This document shows, piece by piece, positions 57,604-64,000 of a stretch of DNA of 64,000 nucleotides. The notes beneath the pieces are model-generated. The model was given only the letters and a program-made list of their open reading frames with translations, made no database searches and was not told the origin of the DNA. Source of the stretch: an uncultured Thermodesulfobacteriota bacterium (GTDB lineage: Bacteria > Desulfobacterota > GWC2-55-46 > JADFVP01); contig CAYYJQ010000001.1 in NCBI GenBank assembly GCA_964472295.1, positions 85,313 through 149,312 on the forward strand, read 5' to 3'. The translations under genes and the position numbers were made by a program. How positions within the stretch are numbered: position 1 is the stretch's first letter; the number at the start of each line of letters is the position of its first letter.

Positions 57604-57920
57604 CAGACCTCGATTCTTATGAATACCCTGCCATCGATAATCCGCCATTGGTAAAGCCTGAGGGAGATTTCCGCGGCATCGAGAAAGGTCCCTGTTCTTA
57701 CATCGTATCTCCAGTAGTGACAGGGGCACTGCAGGATATGGCCCGTGAGCGTGCCACCGTCCAGGGGGCAACCCATGTGCGAGCACTTGTTGGAGAGGGC
57801 GTAGACATGGCCTTCTTTTCTTATGAGGAGGACGGGCACGCCGCGCGGGTAAACCACCCTTGGCGTTGATTCAACGAGGTCCACCTCGTCAAGCACATAA
57901 ACCCATGGGTCTGCAGGCAT
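57603..57920 (-). CDS. Rieske-type ferredoxin
   Basis: NKCSHMGCPL..G...QCPCH.W.YD..TG. Confidence 0.92.
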   Translation of the reverse strand: MPADPWVYVLDEVDLVESTPRVVYPRGVPVLLIRKEGHVYALSNKCSHMGCPLDGGTLTGHILQCPCHYWRYDVRTGTFLDAAEISLRLYQWRIIDGRVFIRIEV

Positions 57921-57970
57921 TAAACCCCTTTCCTCAAACGGACAATCCTCTAACTCGCGGCTTTATCTCT

Positions 57971-57998
57971 ATTATACACCAGTAGAAGAGTATTGCAA
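57971..57998 (-). promoter_or_regulatory. Putative promoter of the Rieske-Grx-FTR operon
   Basis: TTGCAA-16 nt-TATAAT. Confidence 0.6.
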
Positions 57999-58092
57999 GA
58001 AGGGGGGAAATGGGGCGAAGGGGGCACTCAAGGGGTTAAAAACAGGGGTATATAAAGGGCTTCGGGATACCGGCAGAGGGAGGCACAGGGGG

Positions 58093-59340
58093 TCAGTCCC
58101 CCTTCTTGCCGTCATCGATGGTTACGGGTTCAGGGTAACGGATTCGCCCCAGGAAACGTTTGCTCACCCCGGCTACAAGGTCCAGTTCCACTGTATGAGA
58201 GCCCTTGGGGACATCCACGTCCACCCTGTCGCGGTCCCCGACCACGGCCCCGGCAAAAGAGACCTTCTTGTCGGGCGTTGCCTTGAAGACGCTCCAGGCA
58301 AAGGGCTTTTCATCAAGGGAGACCTGCACCACGTATCTGCCGGGCTTGGTCGTTCCCGGCGGCAGGAGAAGCCTTACATAGGCCCTTGCCCGGAGGGGCC
58401 CCTCGAGCCTCACCTTCAGGGCCTTTCCACTGGTGGAGAGCCACCACTTCTGGTATCCCTTGGGGACCTTGAGGTAGGCCTTTCGCCCATTGACAGGGGT
58501 CTCGCTGGTCCAGTCCACCTTATCGGGGCTGGAATAATGGCTGAGCTCAAAACCAGAGAAGATAAGGACCGCGGCGACAAGGGCCATGACCACGTACCTG
58601 GTCTTTTTCCAGTGTATGGTCCTCTTCCACCTGCTCTTCATAATGGCGGGCCAGACCTCTTTCTCGGCGCGCACGAGGTCGTTTGGAAAATCCACCTCCA
58701 CCCAGGGCATTCCCGCGATGTTATAGGCCTTCATCTCAACGGAGGTACAGATGCCGCGAATGGCCTCTATGCTCCAGCAGTTCTCGGCGCCGTTCCTTAC
58801 AAGGGCGTCGGCACGCGCCATGAGGGCCTCGGCCCCCCTTTCATCGTAACAGGTAAGCCCTATGCTCTCGCCCCGCGAGGCCTCTGGCGGAAGATCCTTT
58901 CCGAGGTCAAGGACCTTGCCCTCCTGCACCGCAACCTTTGTCTGCTCACGCCCGTTGGTGGAAGATGAATCAAAGGCAAGGCCGTTTCCGCCCCTTGCAA
59001 GGAGGCGGTCGAGTATCTGGGGGTGATAGAGAAGGTCGCAGTTCATGAGCACAAAGGGGCCCTCTATCCAGTCGCGGGCAAGCCAGAGAGAATAGAGGCT
59101 GTTGGTCTCGTCATAACGGGTGTTCTCTATGTACTCGACGCGGTCGCCGAGCTCGCGGCGCACCTCATTTGCCTTGTAGCCGACGATTACAAGGACCTTG
59201 CCTATTCCCGCGTCGTTAAGGGCCTCTATCTGGTGTTCTATGATGGGACGTCCGCCCACGTGAAGGAGGCACTTGGGCCGTCCCTTCGAGACCCGCTCAA
59301 GCCTGCTTCCGTATCCCGCGGCAAGTATCACTGCCTGCAT
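58093..59340 (-). CDS. LicC/phosphocholine-type cytidylyltransferase fused to a TM and a C-terminal extracytoplasmic domain
   Basis: AVILAAG.GSRL, PKCLL, N..Y..TNSLYSL, NCDLL, GESIG, W.EVDFP.DL, then TM YVVMALVAAVLIFSG. Confidence 0.85.
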   Translation of the reverse strand: MQAVILAAGYGSRLERVSKGRPKCLLHVGGRPIIEHQIEALNDAGIGKVLVIVGYKANEVRRELGDRVEYIENTRYDETNSLYSLWLARDWIEGPFVLMNCDLLYHPQILDRLLARGGNGLAFDSSSTNGREQTKVAVQEGKVLDLGKDLPPEASRGESIGLTCYDERGAEALMARADALVRNGAENCWSIEAIRGICTSVEMKAYNIAGMPWVEVDFPNDLVRAEKEVWPAIMKSRWKRTIHWKKTRYVVMALVAAVLIFSGFELSHYSSPDKVDWTSETPVNGRKAYLKVPKGYQKWWLSTSGKALKVRLEGPLRARAYVRLLLPPGTTKPGRYVVQVSLDEKPFAWSVFKATPDKKVSFAGAVVGDRDRVDVDVPKGSHTVELDLVAGVSKRFLGRIRYPEPVTIDDGKKGD

Positions 59341-59457
59341 AACGCCAAACCTTTTTAGTTAAAAACCTCTATATAATTAACTTCTCTCTCTACCTTCAGG
59401 GCGCCTACACCGCCGTAGACTCGCGGCCCATGGGAACGGCGGCAAAAAGACCGAAGG

Positions 59458-61245
59458 TCATGCCTGTTTTTTCGCCTCGGCCTTCTCGACCCTCCACCGG
59501 GCAAGGTCTTCGGGCCTGCCGTCGAACTTTATCCTGCCCCTGTGCAGATATAGGAGCCTCTCAAAACCCGTGGTATGATGCTGGTCAGGGAGCGCCACTA
59601 CAAGAAGACGGTCCCCGGCGCGACGAATAATTTCCTTAAGGCACTGACCGGCCCTCTTACCGCTAAGCCCCGAAAGCGGGTTGTCAAGTACCCATATGCC
59701 TGACCTGTCGCTTATAAGTATACCACCAAGTCTTAAGAGCCGCGCCTCGTTCCGGGAAATGACGTTAGAGCCAACCTTCTGGTCAAGCCCCTTCTTGAAA
59801 CTCTCTATAACCTTCCATGCGCCGATCTTACGAAGCGTCTTCTCGTCCTCGGGCGTGAGGGCCTCTGGCCCAGATAGCCCGAGGTGCTTCCAGACCTTTG
59901 CCGGCGGAAAGACCGGGGACTGGGAAAGATAGGCCACCCTTGAAGAGAGGCCGCCCTCTTTTTTCAGCATCTTCTCGTCGTCCCAGAAGACCCGTCCCTT
60001 ATCAGGGACCTCGGCACCGGCGAGTATGTTAAGAAGGCTCGTCTTCCCGGAACCCACGTTACCGACAACAACCACCCTGCTTCCAGCCTCGAGAAAGAGG
60101 TCCGTGCGGCGTAGCCGCGGCTTACCCTCTCTGCCGCGTCCAACGTCAAGACGGGCACGCTCAAGGCGAAGTCCTCTTGCAAGGAGCACTGGCTCGGCGG
60201 CCTCGCCTCCGTTCTCCTCTACCTCTGCTCCTCCGGGCTTTGCGTGCCGGGCATAAGCCTCTATCCGCTCGGCGCAGGCAAGGACCTTGCCGGAACGCGC
60301 TATCTGCCTGCCCACCTGCACCATGCGGCGGTGCAGAGTCAGGGCGTAGGCGATAAAGATGAATAGGTCCCCTGGCGCTATGGTCCCGGCCCTTACCCCC
60401 CTCGCCCCCACGACAAGGGCCAGAGAGACAGACGCCCCGAGCACAAGGTGGACATAGACCGAGGAGCGCGAGATCATCTTTGTAAGGGTCACGCTCTTTC
60501 TGGCATTACCCCAGTTTATATCGTCCATCTTGAGGTCCATGGCCCCGCCCTCAAGGCCTTCCTGAAGGGCAGTGGCATAGTCCCCCTCTTTGCGCCTGAG
60601 CCTGCTTGCCGTATCCGCAACGGGTGTGGCTGTGCGAACTCCAATGTATATGGCGATAAGGCCGGAGACAAAGAATATTACCCCAAAGCCCACGGAGACC
60701 CAGGTAATGACAACGCAGGCCGCGAGAAAGAGCATGCCGTTCTTGAGGCCATGGACCATTATGCCCGAGAGGCCGGCCTTTATGCGCGCGCTGTCCCCTA
60801 TGATGCGTGCCACGATGTCTCCCGTGGCAGTGCGCTTGTGAGGCGGCATGACCCGTGCGCCCTCTACTGCCGCGGCGCGCATCTCGTGTGCGGTAAGTGC
60901 GGCGAACCTCTTGATGTGCACGCGCTGGAACATATCGGCGATACCGTGTCCCAAGGCAAAAAGCAGGTATGCCATGGCCAGCATGATTACCGGGTCTCCC
61001 CAGTGGGGAAGATACCCTACGACCATGGCGCCCTTGTGAGAGCCATGCCCGAATACTATGTCTATGACCCCGCGGAGCGGCCAGGGCATGAGGAGGCGGA
61101 AAAAGACCACGCCTATTGTGGCCACCCCGCCCTTTACAAGCCACGACCTGTGGTGCCCGCCATAGTTAAAGAGCACCCCAAAGGCCCTGTTCTTTTTCTT
61201 ATCTGTCCACTTCATAAGCCTCGGAGGCCGGGGCCATCTCTGCAC
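59458..61245 (-). CDS. ABC exporter half-transporter (TMD+NBD) with degenerate NBD
   Basis: PWPL..VID, TGD...RI.GD TMD; Walker A GNVGSGKT; signature and Walker B diverged. Confidence 0.85.
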   Translation of the reverse strand: MQRWPRPPRLMKWTDKKKNRAFGVLFNYGGHHRSWLVKGGVATIGVVFFRLLMPWPLRGVIDIVFGHGSHKGAMVVGYLPHWGDPVIMLAMAYLLFALGHGIADMFQRVHIKRFAALTAHEMRAAAVEGARVMPPHKRTATGDIVARIIGDSARIKAGLSGIMVHGLKNGMLFLAACVVITWVSVGFGVIFFVSGLIAIYIGVRTATPVADTASRLRRKEGDYATALQEGLEGGAMDLKMDDINWGNARKSVTLTKMISRSSVYVHLVLGASVSLALVVGARGVRAGTIAPGDLFIFIAYALTLHRRMVQVGRQIARSGKVLACAERIEAYARHAKPGGAEVEENGGEAAEPVLLARGLRLERARLDVGRGREGKPRLRRTDLFLEAGSRVVVVGNVGSGKTSLLNILAGAEVPDKGRVFWDDEKMLKKEGGLSSRVAYLSQSPVFPPAKVWKHLGLSGPEALTPEDEKTLRKIGAWKVIESFKKGLDQKVGSNVISRNEARLLRLGGILISDRSGIWVLDNPLSGLSGKRAGQCLKEIIRRAGDRLLVVALPDQHHTTGFERLLYLHRGRIKFDGRPEDLARWRVEKAEAKKQA

Positions 61246-61296
61246 TCAAAAATAAGGCGCCCCGCGCGGACCATCGCCCCTCTGGGACAAAGCGGG

Positions 61297-62421
61297 TCAC
61301 TCTCCGGCCTTAAGGGGAAGAACGCCCGGGGGAAGTTCCTGTTTGAGACCCGCGGCGTAAGAGACCACGCCGGCAACGTTCGCGGCGGCATGGCCGGGGT
61401 CGTGAAAGAGATGGCGGGCCATGCGCCTTCTCAGCTCAGACTCCCTCGCAGGGTTGGCAAGTGAGGCTTTTATGGCGGCCTCAAGGTCACCTGGGCCGGA
61501 GACCACCCGCCCTGTCTTCCTGCCATATGTTTCGAGGTCAAGCGAGGGGGCCCGTTTCATAATCCTCTTCATGAGGCCCGGAACGTCCATGAATATAATG
61601 GGCCGGTCCAGAAGAGTGTACTCCACGGCCACGCTGGACATGTCCGTAATAAGTAAGTCTGAGGCCGCGAGATAGGGCGAAATGTCACGGTCTCTTATAA
61701 GGCGCACCGAGTCGCCCTCAAAGGGGGCAAGTTCAGTGAACCAGTCAATGTCCTTCTTGGGGTGGTCATGGGGTTTAACGAGGAGGTTCCAGAGCCCCGC
61801 GCCAGTGACGGCACGTACTATATCCACGCCCATTACGTCAAGGGCGTTGTTTTTCTCGCCCGTTGGGGCAAAGAGTATGGTAGGACGCGCCGGGTCAAGG
61901 CCCATATCTCTTAAGAGGGCGTCTCTCTCAAACTCGTGGTTCGCAAGGGGGTCGGTCTTTGGGAAACCCGTAATAAGGCACTTGGAGCCGTCCTCTCTTA
62001 TGAGGCCTTTCTCCCTGTACCGCTCGGCATGATAGCGCCCGGGAAGGCATAATATGTCATAACGCAGGGCCTTTTCGCGTATGGCGAGGTTCTTTACAGA
62101 GACGCCGTGAAAGATCTGCACCTTGCAACCCACGGACTTTGGAAAGAGGGTATCAGAGAGGTGGGCCGAGACAAGCACGTCGTAGGACTCGCTCCGCACC
62201 CTCTCAAGGGGAATAATGTGGTCCCTATTCACAGGAAAGGGGTCGTAAAAACCCGTGAGGTCATAAGATACCTCGGCGCCGTCCTTGCGCTTGAACCCGC
62301 CGGAGAGAAAGACCTCTATATCCGGGTCTTCGGCAAGGAGGCGGTACACGGGCAAAAAGCAGACAAAGTGTACCTGCGCGTATCCAGTAAATAGAACTCT
62401 TTTCTTCTTTTTATATCCCAT
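61297..62421 (-). CDS. CDP-glycerol glycerophosphotransferase (TagB/TagF-like) family protein
   Basis: QIFHG, TGFPKTD, ILFAPT, KPH, SDLLITD.SSV..EY.LLDRPI. Confidence 0.85.
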   Translation of the reverse strand: MGYKKKKRVLFTGYAQVHFVCFLPVYRLLAEDPDIEVFLSGGFKRKDGAEVSYDLTGFYDPFPVNRDHIIPLERVRSESYDVLVSAHLSDTLFPKSVGCKVQIFHGVSVKNLAIREKALRYDILCLPGRYHAERYREKGLIREDGSKCLITGFPKTDPLANHEFERDALLRDMGLDPARPTILFAPTGEKNNALDVMGVDIVRAVTGAGLWNLLVKPHDHPKKDIDWFTELAPFEGDSVRLIRDRDISPYLAASDLLITDMSSVAVEYTLLDRPIIFMDVPGLMKRIMKRAPSLDLETYGRKTGRVVSGPGDLEAAIKASLANPARESELRRRMARHLFHDPGHAAANVAGVVSYAAGLKQELPPGVLPLKAGE

Positions 62422-62433
62422 TCAGCTGGTTCC

Positions 62434-63669
62434 TCAGAAGAGATATGAGACAACTACAGAGAAAACATTCTTGTCATATGATTTCCCCTCGGCCTTATCA
62501 ACGAGGGCAAGGCCGTCTCTTGCCGCCGCGTTATGCGTAAGGGTCCAGTCAATGGCCATGGTCCACTTTGGGGCTATCTCTCCCTTGACGCCTGCGCCGA
62601 ACTTCTGCCGCGTATCATTGCGGTCAATACGCGTGACATCAAAGGGCTCCTGAGATTTATAAGAGGTAAACCTCGCCTCGTACTTAATATGGCCTGTCCA
62701 GCCCTTCTGGAGCCTTGTAGTTATCCTTGCCCCAACCGTGTTCTGCTTCCGTGAGCGGTCCACGTTCTGAAGCGTTGCCACGTTGAGATTTTCCAGGACA
62801 AAGTCATTGTCAAAATCAATGCCAAAATCCAACTCGTTACGCACCAGGACCTCTGGTTTTACGGGAGTAGAGATGTTCTTAAATAAATAACTCAGCGTAA
62901 GCGTGGTATGACGGTGCAGGTCAAGGCCAAGGTCAAGGCCCGCCAGCACGCTGTCCTCAGAGCGGTTGGTAAAGGGGTCGTCAAAGTTCCTGTTCTCATA
63001 TCCGACGTAGACTTTGGCGGATACGGCATCAGGAGAGAGAGGCGCCTTATCATTGCCGGCGCCCTTCCAGAGCCGGCGCGTGAGATACAGAGTTACGTCT
63101 GTCTTGTCATAGTGCGCGGCAGTGAAGACCTTCTCGCTTCCTGAGATACCGTGCGCCGGGTCGCCGCGGGGTTCTTTGTCCACTGCGTCGGAGAGATAGT
63201 CCTTCTTGAATATATTTGGAGCGTATCCAAAGTCAACGCCTACGCTCGAATGGGCGTCCACGGCCTGCCTGGCGCCGAGGCCGAACTCGAAGAAACTCTT
63301 TTCCTGGTCCTGAACATATTTATTGTATGTAATGGAGGGCTTTAAAGAGAAGGCCCTGCCGCCGAGCCCGGGGCGCCTGAACGAGGCCTTGATACGCGGA
63401 GAGAAAATGAAGTCATCTATGGAGTCCATGTCCTTGAAGCGTCCGCTCTTCTGGTCAGAACTCCTGTTCTGGTCAAAGCGGTCGCTCTGGGTGGAGGAGA
63501 GTTTGAATACATTTGTGTCATATGAAAAACCCATGCCCGCCTCGGCCTTCCACTTCCACCCGCCTATCCTATCGGCCCCGGAGGCACGGGGGACGTAGAC
63601 GCCCAAAACCCCAAGAGACAACAAGAGAAGGGCGATAAAATTAAGCCACGGTTTTTTCATTTTCACCAT
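62434..63669 (-). CDS. Outer-membrane beta-barrel protein
   Basis: Signal peptide, YD.NVF near the N-terminus, alternating amphipathic strands, C-terminal SYLF BAM signal; start at ATG 63669 after GGAGG. Confidence 0.8.
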   Translation of the reverse strand: MVKMKKPWLNFIALLLLSLGVLGVYVPRASGADRIGGWKWKAEAGMGFSYDTNVFKLSSTQSDRFDQNRSSDQKSGRFKDMDSIDDFIFSPRIKASFRRPGLGGRAFSLKPSITYNKYVQDQEKSFFEFGLGARQAVDAHSSVGVDFGYAPNIFKKDYLSDAVDKEPRGDPAHGISGSEKVFTAAHYDKTDVTLYLTRRLWKGAGNDKAPLSPDAVSAKVYVGYENRNFDDPFTNRSEDSVLAGLDLGLDLHRHTTLTLSYLFKNISTPVKPEVLVRNELDFGIDFDNDFVLENLNVATLQNVDRSRKQNTVGARITTRLQKGWTGHIKYEARFTSYKSQEPFDVTRIDRNDTRQKFGAGVKGEIAPKWTMAIDWTLTHNAAARDGLALVDKAEGKSYDKNVFSVVVSYLF

Positions 63670-64000
63670 ATCTTCCTCCCATATCTCTACGAACTCTGAT
63701 TCACTAATTTTAAACAAACCTCATCGATTGTCAGGACAAAATTTTCTTATAGCGTAGAGACTATTAGAAGAGGATTAAAGTAAATCCTGAGGCGAACCTC
63801 TGTTTACGTGAGGGCACCCGCAAGCCTCGGTCATTAAAGCCCGCCCGAAAGCCCGCCCGGCTTTAAATAAAAAAAATACTACCCTTGCCGACCCCTTGTA
63901 AAGCACATATGTCACAAAGGCATAACTAATACCCAAAAAAATAGTATAAACAAGGAGGAATGGCCGGAAGGAAGGGGGCCAACTTTTCCAGTGGTCGATG

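Noticed and set aside
62434-63669. OM barrel as the porin of a porin-cytochrome conduit
   Set aside because: It lies 11 kb from the cytochrome cluster and is closely linked to the TagB/F-like gene instead
63728-63870. TTGTCAGGACAA palindrome and AAAGCCCGCCCG direct repeat as operators
   Set aside because: Single short occurrences with no cognate regulator in the window; chance cannot be excluded

Overview
Bacterial chromosomal window, GC-rich with almost all genes on the minus strand. Gene content suggests a Desulfobacterota-like ('deltaproteobacterial') diderm; this is an inference. Positions 1-41.8 kb are mostly core genes: a truncated PocR-sensor gene, secF-secD-yajC-tgt-queA-spoIID/lytB, two small c-type cytochromes, rng, two radical SAM genes, the dcw cluster (mraZ to ftsZ), a TPR lipoprotein with an adenylate cyclase, rnpB, RNase HI, a Zn-ribbon protein, tRNA(CAT) and a DHH-CBS tRNA nucleotidyltransferase. 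Positions 42-64 kb are accessory. (i) A nine-gene cluster encodes five multiheme cytochromes with 32 CxxCH motifs, including an 11-heme secreted protein whose N-terminal module resembles the Geobacter nanowire cytochrome OmcE, plus NHL and PQQ-like propellers and two 2TM-HAMP proteins. (ii) tRNA-Cys. (iii) A GCS2/YbdK ligase-GGT-M20 hydrolase operon bracketed by GTAG-type REPs. (iv) A Rieske-glutaredoxin-FTR-Rieske redox operon. (v) An operon with an OM barrel, TagB/F-like transferase, degenerate ABC exporter and cytidylyltransferase. Non-coding highlights: a ~150-bp IS5-like MITE with 4-bp target duplications and covarying hairpins, several short tandem repeats at gene junctions, and a terminator-containing leader in front of the PocR gene. 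All assignments come from motif recognition by eye; no database searches were run.
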